Origin: an uncultured Gemmatimonadaceae bacterium
GTDB lineage: Bacteria; Gemmatimonadota; Gemmatimonadetes; Gemmatimonadales; Gemmatimonadaceae
DNA: 64,000 nucleotides
Assembly (NCBI GenBank): GCA_963829055.1
Contig: CAWHHI010000016.1
Location: forward strand, 992,001-1,056,000
Reading direction: 5' to 3'
Part shown: one piece after another, positions 31,878 to 43,600 of the stretch
How positions within the stretch are numbered: the stretch's first letter is position 1
Layout: the number at the start of each line of letters is the position of its first letter
The notes under the pieces: model-generated
Told to the model about the DNA's origin: nothing
The model's database searches: none
What the model saw: the letters and a program-made list of their open reading frames with translations, nothing else
Program-made: the position numbers and the translations under genes

Positions 31878-32099
31878 ATGCGCCGAGCCCAAAAATCCTG
31901 CCCATTCTGCGAGACGCGTGTTCGGTTCATCGACTACAAGGATGACCGCACGCTTGGCCGCTTCATCACCGACCACGGCAAGATCCTGCCGAGCCGGTTG
32001 AGTGGCGTCTGTGCTCGCCATCAGCGCCAGCTGTCGACGGCGGTGAAGCGTGCGCGCTACCTCGCCATCATCCCGTACATCCGCGGCCACCAAGCCTGA
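31878..32099 (+). CDS. rpsR: 30S ribosomal protein S18 (Zn-binding form)
   Basis: CPFC, IDYKD, GKILPSR, CARHQR, VKRARYLA. Confidence 0.97.
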   Translation: MRRAQKSCPFCETRVRFIDYKDDRTLGRFITDHGKILPSRLSGVCARHQRQLSTAVKRARYLAIIPYIRGHQA

Positions 32100-32133
32100 C
32101 GGTAAGCGCCTAACGGGTTCGCGGAACGACGGC

Positions 32134-33177
32134 ATGACGCAGAGCGCCGAGGCGCCTCAGGCGTCGGTGGCTCCGGCCCCGGCACCACGGGAACAGGGAT
32201 GGCGACGCATCATCCTTGCCCTCCTGGCGTTCGTGTTGTTGCCGCTCGTTCCGCTGCTCAGGGCGGCGGTGCCGATCGAGCAGTCGCTGTTGCTCATCGT
32301 GCCGGCGCTCGCGACGTGCGCGCTCGTGGGCTGGTGGGCCGGGGGACGGCTATTCCTCGCGCTCACCTGGACCGCGCTCGCCGTCTGGATGCTCGTCACT
32401 CCCCTTCCCGGCGCTCCGACATTCGTCGCGCTCTCGAAGGGTTGGGCGTTGCTGCTGGTCGCTTCGTTCGGCGTGGCCTCGATCATGAGTCCGCGCCAGT
32501 CTTTTTTCCCGCGCGCGCTGTCGGCGATCGGACTGTCGTTCGGTGTTGGACTCGCGCTCGTTCTGTTCGCGTCGAGACGGCCGGATACGGTCGAACGTGC
32601 AGTCCGCACAGAGTACACCCGGCGTGTCGACTCGTGGCTCACGGACTGGGAGTCGGTCTCACAGACGCGCGAGTGGCAGCAACTCGCGCGTGACAAGCCC
32701 GGGATGGAAACGCTGGCTCGCGAGAGCTCGGAACGTCTGAAGCAGATTCCGCCGATCACGTCGCCGCTGTTTCCGTCGCTGCTGGCCCTCGAGTCACTCG
32801 CGGTGTTGGCCCTCGCATGGGGCCTGTACCACCGAGTGAGTCGAGCGCGGATCGGGCCACCGCTCGCGCCGCTCAAGGAATTTCGCTTCAACGACCAACT
32901 CGTCTGGGGGTTGGTCGCCGGAATCACCGCAGTCGCTGTACCAACAATGACTGCATTTCGCGTAGTCGGACTCAACCTGCTCGTGTTCTTCGGGGCGCTC
33001 TACGCGCTGCGTGGACTCGGAGTGCTCACCTGGTTCTTTGCGCCGGGGCGCCTCATGGTGGCGTTGACGATCGGACTCGCCATTTTCATGTGGCCGCTCA
33101 TCGGCGTGTTTGCGCTGGGGATCGGCCTCGGAGATACCTGGCTCGACTGGCGCAGTCGTCCGCGCCCGACCACATAA
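32134..33177 (+). CDS. DUF2232/YybS-like membrane protein
   Basis: Multiple TM helices, GLGDTWLDWR ending, typical position between rpsR and rplI. Confidence 0.8.
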   Translation: MTQSAEAPQASVAPAPAPREQGWRRIILALLAFVLLPLVPLLRAAVPIEQSLLLIVPALATCALVGWWAGGRLFLALTWTALAVWMLVTPLPGAPTFVALSKGWALLLVASFGVASIMSPRQSFFPRALSAIGLSFGVGLALVLFASRRPDTVERAVRTEYTRRVDSWLTDWESVSQTREWQQLARDKPGMETLARESSERLKQIPPITSPLFPSLLALESLAVLALAWGLYHRVSRARIGPPLAPLKEFRFNDQLVWGLVAGITAVAVPTMTAFRVVGLNLLVFFGALYALRGLGVLTWFFAPGRLMVALTIGLAIFMWPLIGVFALGIGLGDTWLDWRSRPRPTT

Positions 33178-33191
33178 CGACTGGAGTCAAC

Positions 33192-33638
33192 ATGGATGTC
33201 ATCTTGCGCCAGGCGGTCGAGAAGCTCGGCCAGCCGGGAGACGTGGTGAAGGTTTCGGCCGGGTTCGCCCGGAATTATCTGCTCCCTCGCGGCATCGCCT
33301 ACGCGGCGACCGCCGGGAATCTGAAGCGCATCGCCCAGGAGAAAGAGCGCCTCGAAGCCGCCGAGAACGAGCGGCGCGGCGGCGCACAGGGTATCGCGGC
33401 GCGCCTCGAGCAGGTCTCGCTCACCTTCTCGGCGCGCGTCGGTGAAGAAGGCAAGCTGTTCGGTTCCGTTACGTCCGCGGATATCACCGAGCAGCTGCAC
33501 GCTCAGGGCTTCGACATGATCGAGAAGCGCCAGATCGATCTCCACGAGCCCATCAAGGCACTCGGCGTCTATCGCGTGCCAGTCAGACTGCACGCCGATG
33601 TGAAGCCAGAGATCAAGGTCTGGGTCATCAAGCAGTAG
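33192..33638 (+). CDS. rplI: 50S ribosomal protein L9
   Basis: VIL..VEKLG, GFARNYLLP, GKLFGSVT, PIKALG. Confidence 0.97.
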   Translation: MDVILRQAVEKLGQPGDVVKVSAGFARNYLLPRGIAYAATAGNLKRIAQEKERLEAAENERRGGAQGIAARLEQVSLTFSARVGEEGKLFGSVTSADITEQLHAQGFDMIEKRQIDLHEPIKALGVYRVPVRLHADVKPEIKVWVIKQ

Positions 33639-33693
33639 GACGAAGCAGCAAGCAGCAGGAAGGCAGTAGGCACGAGCAACACTGCTGGAATTC

Positions 33694-33734
33694 ACGAGCC
33701 GGCCCGGGCGCACTGTACGCCCGGGCCGGCTCGT
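33694..33734 (+). terminator. Strong hairpin after rplI (probable terminator)
   Basis: Perfect 17-bp stem ACGAGCCGGCCCGGGCG/CGCCCGGGCCGGCTCGT, 7-nt loop; weak U-tract. Confidence 0.6.
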
Positions 33735-33897
33735 CATTGCCGCCCATTTCTGCGCCGCAGTTTCCCGTTTCGGCGGCGACGCACGCGCATTATGCTTGGG
33801 CGACCGGTGGACCTGCGCCCCGGACCGCGTTCGTGTGGACGCGAGCCGTTGGCCCACGCTCCTCCACACCATTCGCAATCGGACCCGACTGCCCCGA

Positions 33898-34278
33898 ATG
33901 ACAGCACCCACCGCGCCCGCTCCGGCGTCTCTTGCCCAGCGCGCGGCCGCGCTGTGCCTCGATCTCAAGGCCAATGACGTCGTCGTGCTGGACGTACGCG
34001 GCGTCACCGACATGACCGATTACTTCGTGATCGCGAGCGGCACCTCGGACACGCACGTGCGAAGCGTTGCGGAACACGTGCTCGAGGAGTTACGCAAGGA
34101 AGGCTCGCGCGCGCATCACGTCGAGGGAGTCCAGCAGGGACGCTGGGTGCTCCTCGATTATGTGGACATGGTCGTCCACATTTTTCACCCGACGCTCCGC
34201 GAGTTCTACCAGCTCGAACGGTTGTGGGGCGACGCGACCGTTGTTGCGGTCGATCAGCAGCAAGGAGCACTCAAATGA
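33898..34278 (+). CDS. rsfS: Ribosome silencing factor
   Basis: KANDVVVLDV, TDYFVIASG, WVLLDYVDMVVHIF, FYQLERLWGD. Confidence 0.95.
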   Translation: MTAPTAPAPASLAQRAAALCLDLKANDVVVLDVRGVTDMTDYFVIASGTSDTHVRSVAEHVLEELRKEGSRAHHVEGVQQGRWVLLDYVDMVVHIFHPTLREFYQLERLWGDATVVAVDQQQGALK

Positions 34279-37200
34279 GACTCGTGAGGGCGGGCGCATG
34301 CGCGGCCGCGCTCGCCGCCAGTGTTCTCGGCGCGGCGAGGCTCGAGGCGCAGACGTACTTCGGACAGAATCAGGTTCAGTACGACCGGTTCAAGTGGACG
34401 GTGCTCGAGACCGAGCATTTTCTCGTCCACTACTATCCGCAAGAGCGCGTCGCCGCGATGGACGCGTCTCGCATGGCCGAGCGTGCGTATGCCCGCCTCT
34501 CACGTCTCCTGAATCACCAGTTCCGCGAGAAGAAGCCGCTCATCCTCTACTCGTCGCGCGGCGACTTCGGTCAGAACAACGTGACCGGGGACCTCGGCGA
34601 AGGGACCGGCGGCGTCACCGAAGCGCTTCGCCATCGCATGCTCCTGCCGTTCACCGGCGACTACAGGAGCTTCGAGCACGTGCTGGCACACGAGATGGTG
34701 CACGCGTTCCAGTACGACATCTTCGCGCGCGGCCGCGCTGGCGCAGGGCTGCAGACCCTCGCCCAAGTCGATCCGCCGCTGTGGTTCATGGAAGGCATGG
34801 CGGAGTATCTCGCCGGCGGCCCAAACCACATTCTCACGCAGGCGTGGGTTCGCGACGCCGCGCTCAACGGCCACCTGCCGAGCCTCGAGCAGATGACCCT
34901 GCGCCCGGATCAGTTTTTCCCGTATCGCTACGGCGAGGCGTTCTGGGAATACGTCGGCAACCGGTGGGGCGACGAGATCATTGGCGAGGTGCTCAATTCC
35001 GCGCCTAACGTGGGCATCGAGCGCGCCTTCAAGCGCGAGACGGGCCTCTCGCTCGAGGACCTGAGCGACGAGTGGCGCGAGGCGATGCAGACGAAGCACC
35101 TGCCGCAGGTGGCGTCGCTCGACCGGGCGCGGAAGTTCTCGCAGCCGCTACTCAACGAACGGAAGAGTGGGGGCAGCCTCTTCCTCGCTCCATCGCTCTC
35201 CAGCGACGGCAAGCACATCGCGTTCGTGTCGCTCGGCAGCTTCCTTCGCGGACAGGTCTTCCCCGATCTCTGGCTTGGCGATGGCGAGACGGGCAAGCGC
35301 CTCAAGCGACTCGTGAAGTCGACGACCGATCCGAACTTCGAAGAGCTGCGACTGCTCTACTCACAGAGCGCGTTCTCTCCGGATGGAAAGACGCTCGCGT
35401 TCACCGCGCAGCGCGAGGGACGGGACGTCCTCTACCTGCTCGACGTTCAGCACCGCAAGACAACGTTCCGATTCGAATGTCGGTCTCGAGGGCGTGACTG
35501 GCCCATCATGGTCGCCGGACGGACGTCAGCTCGTCTTCAGCGGCAGTAACGGGGGAATCACCGACCTCTACGTCGTCGACAACAACGGCCGCAATCTCCG
35601 GCGCCTCACGAATGATCGGCACGGCGACGTGCAGCCGCAGTGGTCCCCGGACGGCAAGACGATCGCCTTCGCGTCGGACCGCGGCCCACAGACGCGACTT
35701 CGATGACCTGAAGTTCAGTCGCTGGCAGATCTCGCTCTACGACATGGAGTCCGGCCGCATCAGGGTGATCCCGGCGCAGAGCGGCCAGAATCTGAATCCC
35801 ATGTGGGCGCCGGACGGCAAGTCCATCGCGTTCGTCTCCGACCGCACGGGGATTCCGAACATCTTCATCTACGATCTGGAAAAGAAGAATCATTACCAGG
35901 TCACGAACGTCGTCGGCGCCGTGCTCGCCGTAACGGAGTACAGCCCGGTCATCACGTGGGCGCGCCAGGCGGACCGTCTCGCATTCGGCTACTACGAGAA
36001 CGGCGAGTACACCGTGTGGTCGGTGAATAATCCGCGGCGGCTCATGAAGGAGCCGTATCGCGACTCGACCGCGAAGGCGTCGGTCGTCGCACAGGGGCTG
36101 CCACGACTCGATTCAGCGAGCGTGCGTGCAACTGACGAGCGCCTGCCTGCCGTGACAAACTCGTCGGCGACGCCATCGTCGCTGCCACCCATTCCGCCGG
36201 TCGTCGCGCAGCGTGATACGTCGCGGCGCGACACATCCGTATTCGCTCCACGGTCGACGGCGAATCGTGATTCGGTTGCGCGCGACCTCTCGATCTATCG
36301 TGGCGCGGCGGGGATCCGCGCGTCGGCCGATCTGCCAAGTGGCCCGGAGCGGGCAGAGACGGTGGTGAGTGTCGCGCAGTTGCTCGACAGCGCGGCGCTC
36401 GCGCTCCCGGACACCACGACGTTCAAGCGATACGGATACAAGATCGGCTTCCAGCCGGAGTACATCTCGCGTCCGACGATCGGCTACACGCAGGACAACT
36501 TTGGCCGTGGTGTGTTCGGCGGCACCACGATCATCCTGAGCGATCTGCTCGGCGACCACCGTCTGGCGTTCGCCGCCCAGGTCAATGGCCGAATTACCGA
36601 AGCGTACCTGCTCAGCGCGTTCACGAGCATGGGTCAGCGCATGCAGTACACGGTCGGCGCGCTGCAACAGCCACAGTTCTACCTAACGGGGCAGAGGGAC
36701 GGGTTCGACGCCCGTGGGAATTATTACATCTCGCAGTCCATCACGCGCTTCATCACGCGTCAGGCGTTCTGGATCGGCGCGTATCCGTTGAACCGCTTCA
36801 CCCGCGTAGAGTTCGGCGGCAGCTTCAACGTCGTCGACCGTTCGTCGCAGGTGTACACGCAGTACTATCGCGCAGGCGACGGCGCCCCGATCGAGTTCGA
36901 CCCCGGGACCATCATCCAACAAAGGGGCCTCGTCTACGGCGCGCCATACCTGGCGTATGTCTCCGACAACACGCTCTTCGGTTACACGGGGCCGATAGCG
37001 GGCAGGCGGTACCGATTCCAGGTCGAGCCAGCACTCGGGTCGTATCGGTGGATCGAGTACCAGGGCGACTACCGGCGCTATTACCCGATCCTCTTCAACT
37101 TCCTCACGCTCGCCGCTCGGGCGCAGACGAGTATTTCCGTTGGCCGCGACGAAGAAGTCCTCGAGAAGTACATCGGTCGCCCCGAGTTCGTGCGCGGCTA

Positions 37201-37615
37201 TGATCGCGAGGAATACGGGCGTTCGTGCATACCCGGTACGGCTGCGTCCCCGGAGCAACGGCGGGGATGCAGTGCTATCGAGTTTCTCGGGAGTCGTGTG
37301 GCGTTCGCGAACGCAGAGTTGCGGTTCCCACTCGTCAGGCGGTTCGACCTCGGCCTGCTGCCGATCTCGCTGCCGCCGGTCGATGGACTCGTGTTCTACG
37401 ACGTCGGCCTCGCGTGGTCGAGCGGACAGAAGGTCGTCTCGAGAAGTAATCCAGACGCGGATGTCACGACCACACGCGCACCGCTTCGCAGCTGGGGCGT
37501 AGGCATCCGGCTCAACCTCTTCGGCTTCGCGCTCCTGCGGTGGGACTACTCGATCCCGCTGGACAGGCCGGGCGGAAAGGGATACTGGACCTGGACGTTA
37601 GGGCCCAGCTTCTGA
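34275..37615 (+). CDS. Omp85/BamA-TamA family protein with N-terminal zincin-like domain and PD40/TolB beta-propeller (indels near 35475 and 35690)
   Basis: FGQNQVQY, HEMVH + WFMEGMAEY, repeated WSPDG/FSPDG/WAPDG, VRGY, AELRFPL, terminal LGPSF. Confidence 0.85.
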
Positions 37616-37617
37616 GG

Positions 37618-37767
37618 CGGAATCGGGAATCGGGAATCGGGAATCGGGACTCGGGACTGGGGACTGAGTGAGTGAAGCCCAGCGACCGTTGTTGGTCGAC
37701 CAGCGACCAGCACGAGCGACCAGCTACAAGCTTGCCGTTGATTCCCGATTCCCTATTCCCGATTCCC
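37618..37767. repeat. Inverted pair of G-tract heptamer tandem repeats
   Basis: 7 units GGGA(A/C)T(C/G) at 37618-37666; 4 complementary units GATTCCC/TATTCCC at 37740-37767. Confidence 0.9.
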
Positions 37768-37790
37768 CCCTCCAGCCCTACCTTACCGCG

Positions 37791-39362
37791 GTGCGTGCGA
37801 CCGTAGCTCTCGCGCTCGTGCTCGTTGCGTGCGGCCGCTCCGAGCGGCCCGAAACACCCGCGCAGCACGAGGCGCCGTCCGCCTCAACATCCACCGGCCC
37901 CGACCAGATCATTCTGCGCATTCCGCGCAGTGGCGGGGCCGTTCGTGCATACCGGTACCCCCAGCTCGATTCCGTGATCTGGACGTCGGCCGCTAATGCG
38001 GCCCCGCCAGGCGACGTGCTGGCGTTCGATGCCGATGCAGGTTCACTCGCGTACGTCGACCGGAAGGGAGTCCCAGGACGCATCGATCTCCGATCGGGCA
38101 CCGTCGGCGTGGCCACGCGAGCAAAGCTGACGTCGCTCGCGTCGAGCGATGGGTGGGCTATTTACGGCATCGCCGCAAACGGCAGCGTCACACGACTCAC
38201 GCCGTCCGGCGATTGGACGTTCGCGCCGCCGAGTCGTGCGCGGCTCGTGATCCCGCAACAAGACGGCACGCTGCTCGTGGTGACGGACCACGGGACTGAC
38301 CTTGGCGTGATCCGCGTGCGGCCGCCGGCCACCGATGTGATCGACAGCGCAGCGGTGCCCAACGCGCCACGCATTCCTCACGCACAGGCCGGTGACCGTG
38401 TGTACTTCGGCATCGACTCGTCGCTCATTTCACTTCGCGGTCGATCTCTCCAGGTGACTCCCGCGGTTCATCTCGATGCCGGAGTGCGAGCGGTGACCGC
38501 GACGCCGAGCGGCGACCGCTTGTTCGTCGCGACCGACTCGAGTCGCAACGTCATCGTTGTAGACCGATATCGCGATGCCGTGACGCAATCGATCGAGCTG
38601 CCCGGCACCGTCAGCGCGCTCAGGATGGATCCCCTCGGCCGCTATGTGCTGGCACGCGCCGCAGCGGGCGACTCGGCGTGGGTCGTCGCCGTCGGCACGG
38701 CGCGCGTCATTGGCAGTGTGAAAACCGAGTGGCGCGATGACCTGCCGTTCGTCGCGCCCGACGGTGTGATCGCGCTCGCCGACAAGGATGACGTTCGCTT
38801 GGTCGATGGCGAGACGCTCCGCCAACGTTCGGTCGTCGATGGTGGTGGACGCGATTTCTGGCACGTCATCGTCTGGAACGGCCTTCGACCGCGCGCCGGT
38901 GATCTCGACCAGCCGGTGACATTCGCCGATTCGGATTCGGTCGCGGCACGAGCCGACACCACCGACACCACCGCTTCTCCAGCACCAGTCGTCCCGAAGG
39001 CAGCACCCGATACGGCGAACGGACAGACGGCATCCGCGCCGACAACCGCGCGACCGCCACGCGCGCCGATTCCTCGCCCTGCGCCGCCTCGCATTCCGGT
39101 GGATACGCCTGCCTCACCTGCGCGAAATCCTCGCGCGCAGGGATGGGTCGTATCGTTCGCCGCGTTCGTGTCTGAAGCGCCGGCGCTCAAACGTGCCAGC
39201 GCGATTTCGGTGGAGGGACAACAGGCCCGTGTCGTGGTCGGCCAGACCAATGGCACCGCGGTCTATCGCGTCGTCCTGGGTCCCTACCCGACGAAAGCGG
39301 ATGCGGAACGCATTGGTCGTGCGTCGCGTGAGTCATTCTGGGTGTACGAAGGCAACCCTTGA
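37791..39362 (+). CDS. Lipoprotein with beta-propeller-like region and C-terminal SPOR domain
   Basis: GTG start, lipobox LVAC; Pro-rich linker; WVVSFAAF...YRVVLGPYPTKADA. Confidence 0.8.
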   Translation: MRATVALALVLVACGRSERPETPAQHEAPSASTSTGPDQIILRIPRSGGAVRAYRYPQLDSVIWTSAANAAPPGDVLAFDADAGSLAYVDRKGVPGRIDLRSGTVGVATRAKLTSLASSDGWAIYGIAANGSVTRLTPSGDWTFAPPSRARLVIPQQDGTLLVVTDHGTDLGVIRVRPPATDVIDSAAVPNAPRIPHAQAGDRVYFGIDSSLISLRGRSLQVTPAVHLDAGVRAVTATPSGDRLFVATDSSRNVIVVDRYRDAVTQSIELPGTVSALRMDPLGRYVLARAAAGDSAWVVAVGTARVIGSVKTEWRDDLPFVAPDGVIALADKDDVRLVDGETLRQRSVVDGGGRDFWHVIVWNGLRPRAGDLDQPVTFADSDSVAARADTTDTTASPAPVVPKAAPDTANGQTASAPTTARPPRAPIPRPAPPRIPVDTPASPARNPRAQGWVVSFAAFVSEAPALKRASAISVEGQQARVVVGQTNGTAVYRVVLGPYPTKADAERIGRASRESFWVYEGNP

Positions 39363-40659
39363 CGGACCAGGCTGTGGGCGAATTCGAATCGCTGTGGGAG
39401 GCTGCGGGAAGTCGCGTGGCCGGAGGGCTCGACGATGCGAGCGCCGTTGTCGTCCTGGGCCATGACCCGATCGCGACGGCGTCGGTCGCTCTCGGCATCG
39501 CCCGGGCGCAGTCGGCGCGCAGACGCGTGGCCGTCGGTGATCTCATCGGCGACGTGCCACCGCTGCGCGATCTCGTGACGGACGACGACCCGCACGGGCT
39601 CACCGACGCGTTCCTGTACGGCGTGTCGATGAACAAGATCGCGCGCCAGATCGACGCCGCCGGCAACCTGCACGTGCTCCCGAGCGGGAGCGAGACCGTC
39701 GTTCAGGAGGAGATTCTCCGCAACGATCGGTGGCGTCGACTCGCGAGCGGTTTTCACGAGGTCGGGGCGTTACTGCTCGTCGCCGCGCCCGCCGCGGTGC
39801 CCGGCGTCGATGACCTGATCGGCATGCTCGACGGCGTCGTGCTCGTCGGCGGCGTCGAGAGTCCGGCGCCTAACGCGCGCGTCTTCGCCGACGTTGCCTC
39901 CGCGACGCGTCGCACGACACAACGGCCGGTGCAACGCAAGGCCGTCGTCATGCCCGAAGTCGTCGTGCTCGGCGTCGTCGGTGGGCAATGCCGGTCGCCG
40001 TTGCCGCTGTCCTTGCCGCGGTCGCGGTGGTGCTCGGGCGCAACTACCTAACGAGCGCTCCAGCGCCTGTCTCGGCGCTCCGCCGCGATTCCGCAGCGGC
40101 GTCCGACAGTCTCGTTTCTGCGTCTGCCGTAGTCGACTCGTCGCCGCCGCTCGTCGTGTCGAACCCGGCTGACTCCGCGAACGTGTCACCGTTCGCGGTG
40201 CAGATCGCGATGATCGACACCGAGGACGGCGCCGCGCTGCGCGTGCGCTCCGGAGCGGGCGACTTCCCGGTCGGCACTTATGCGCCAGTCACCCGTGGCA
40301 CTGATCGCGGCACCTGGTACAAGGTCGTCACAGGTGCGTACGTCGATCGCAAGAAGGCCGACCAGCTACTCACGTTCCTGCGCGGACGTGGGCTCGTTCC
40401 CCAGGGCTGGGGTAGCGTCATTCGGGCGCCGCTGGCGCTGCAACTCGTGACGGCACCGTCGGCGACGGAAGCAGCGGCGCTGATCGCCGACTATCAGTCG
40501 CGGAAGGTCCCCGTGTACGGTTTGTTGCAGCGTGATGGCTCGGTACGCATCTACGCTGGCGCATTCGAAAACCCCGATGAGGCCGCGCTGTTCAAGTCGG
40601 CGCTCAAGATGAAGAACATTGATGCGACCCTCGCTTACCGGGTCGGGAGAGCCTATTAG
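39359..40659 (+). CDS. Degenerate MinD/ParA-like domain + TM + SPOR domain protein (probably one gene, indel near 39960)
   Basis: RRVAVGDL, GLTDAFLYG, NLHVLPSG; second ORF has a TM helix then FAVQIA...WYKVVTGAY and IYAGAF. Confidence 0.65.
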
Positions 40660-43600
40660 GTGCGTTTGACGAAGCTGGAGTTACAGGGATTCAAATCGTT
40701 CGCCGATAACACCATGCTCGCGTTCGAGCCTGGCGTGACGGCGATCGTCGGGCCTAACGGGTGCGGCAAGTCGAACGTGTCCGACGCTGTCCGTTGGGTG
40801 CTCGGTGAGCAACGCGCGCGGCTCCTTCGCGGCGCGAAGATGGAAGAGGTCATCTTCCAGGGCTCGTCGGCGCGTCGCGCCGTGAACCTCGCCGAGGTCT
40901 CCCTGCACTTCGACAACTCCGAGGGCCAGCTTCCAATCGCGTTCAAGGAGGTCGTCATTACGCGCCGTCTCTCGCGATCCGGCGAGAGCGACTACCTGCT
41001 GAACCGCGCGCCGTGCCGACTGCGCGACATCCACGACCTCCTGCGCGGCACCGGGCTCGGTGGCGACTCCGGCGTCGTGATCGAGTCGAAAGGAATCGAC
41101 GCATTGCTTTCGGACCGGCCCGACGATCGCCGGGAGCTGTTCGAGGAGGCTGCTGGCGTCGGGCTGTATCGCGATCGCCGTCGGAGCACGGAGCGACGGC
41201 TCGAGGAAACGACGACCGATCTCTCGCGCATCGACGACCTGATCGGAGAAGTACAGAGCCAGGTGCGATCACTCGGCCGTCAGCGGAAACGGGCCGAGCG
41301 CCACGCGGAGCTGATGTCGCGGCGATTCTCCGTCGAGCTGACGCTCGCCGAGCGCGAGATGCGCGCCTGGCACGAGGAGCTCGGCACACTCGAAGGGCGC
41401 GTCGCGGAACTTCGTGAGATCGTGCCGACGGCCGAAGCGGACGTGAGCGAGCACGAAGTCGCGCGAGACGCAGCGCACTCGGCTCGTGCCGCCGCCGAGG
41501 CACAGCGCGCGGAGCTCGCGCGGCTCGCGGCGGTGCAGCGCGAATCGGCGCAGCGACTTCGCGGGGAGATCGCAGTAGCCGAGGAACGGCAACGCAACGC
41601 ACTCATGCGACGCCAGCGCGCCGAAGAGGAGCAGCGTGAAGGTGAGGCGTTAGGCGAGCGGGTACAGGCCGACCGCGAGCGCGCCGTCGCCGAGCGCGCT
41701 AATCTCGAGGACGAAGTGCGCGAAGCAGCACAGGAGCTCGCACGGCGCGCGACCGCGGAAGAGCACGCCCGCCGCGGCGTCGCCGAAGTGCGCACAGCCG
41801 TGGAGGCCGCCGAGCGCCTGGCGCGAGAGAGTCGCGACCAGTTGCGTCGTCTGGAGATCGACCGAGAAGGCGCAGCGCGCGAGCTCGCCGAGGTAGAGCA
41901 GCGCGCGACTGTACTCGAGTCGGAGCGCGCGTCGCTCGCCGACGCCGCCGCATCGGTCGCACGTGAAGTCGAGACCGCGGACGAAGCTGTCGAGCTGGCG
42001 CAGGCCGCCGTCGCTCAGGCCGACGCTGCGCTCGCAGACGCCAGAGCAGCGATGGCCGAGGCCAAGGAGAACGAAGCCGCTGCTCGCCATGAGCTGTTCC
42101 GTGCCGATGAGGCGTTGACGGCACTTCAGGGAAAGGTCCACGGCCTGGAGTCGCTCGAGCGCGAGCGCGTTGGTCTGGCACCCGCAGCTGCGCGTCTCCT
42201 TCGCGAGCGGGCGCAATTCGGCGAAGGCGCTGTCCTCGGTCCGCTTTCGGATTTCGTGAACGCGAGTGCGGCCTCCGCGCTGCTCGTCGAGCGCTATCTC
42301 GGCGCCACGGTGCACGCCGTCGTCGTTCGGGACCAGCACGCGGCCGAGGTCATTCGACGCTGGCACGCGACGAGCAATCCGGGCGCACTGCTGTTGCTGC
42401 CGCTGGATGCCGTGCGCGAAGCAAACGGCGCGGCGTCCACCGGTGAGCTCGTCGCAGATGTGGACGCTGCCGCACCGGCACAGGGTTGGGTGCGCGCGTT
42501 GTTAGGCAACGTGCACGCGCTGGATGACGGCGCCGCGTTCGTCGACGCGCGCGGCGCCGTCTGGCTGCCGGGCGCCACGGGCGGCCCGGGACCGCTTCGT
42601 CGGCGTGCGGAGCTGTTCGCATTGCGCTCGGAGCTCACGGCCAGCGAGGCCGCGCGACAGACGGCATCAGCCGCCGCCGATGCAGCGCGGAGCGCACTGA
42701 CCACGGCGAACGATCGCGTTGCCGCCGCCTCGGAAGAAGCATCGGTCGTACAACAGCAGTGGCGTCGAGCTGGCGAGCAACGCGCTGAACTGGCGCGTCG
42801 CCTCCAGCGCGCCGAGCGTGAGGTCGCGGACGCAGCGGCGCTCGCTGGGCGTTTGCAAACACGGGCGAACGAGCTCACCGAGCGCATCGCGACGCTGGAT
42901 GCGTCGGCGAGCCAGCTCGGCGAGACGATCGCTCAGCGTGACGCCGCCATCGCGGAAAGCCGCACTCGCCTTTCCGAAGCAGAGCGCGCTCAGGAAGAGG
43001 CGCGTGAGCAACGCACGGCGGGGCAGATCGCCGAGGCGCAGGCACAAGCGCGCCTACAGGTGGCGTCGGACCGCGAGCGACGCCTCGTCGAGGAGTTCAC
43101 GTCGGCATCGGCCCGACTCCAGTCGCTCGAACATGAGCTCAGTACACTCGCCAACGCCGATCGCTCGCTTGCCGAGCAGATGGCGACGTGGCAGCTCGAT
43201 CTCGACGATCGTGACGCCACCCTGCGCGAGACGGACGACCGCCTGGCGGCCGCGGAACAAGCAGTCGTGGCCGCCGATACTGCACTCACCGAAGCGGATC
43301 ACGCGCTCGATGAGACGCGTCGTGTCGCGCACCAGACCGCCGATGAGCTGCATCACGCGGAGCTTCGGTTCACCGAGCTCTCAGGACGCCGGACGGCGAT
43401 CCGCGAGCGGCTCGAAACCGAGTGGCGCAAGCCGCTGGACGAGCTGCTCCAGTCGTTCACGCCGGTGGAGGTCGACGACGACACCCTGCGCAGTGAGGTC
43501 GAGCAGCTTCGCGCGCAGCTCGAGTCGTTAGGTGTGGTGAATCCGCTCGCGATCGAGGAACACGAGGAAGAAACGAAGCGCCTCGACTTCCTGACTTCGC

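Noticed and set aside
31874..31878. Missing ssb/priB between rpsF and rpsR
   Set aside because: Direct rpsF-rpsR adjacency is common in many lineages.
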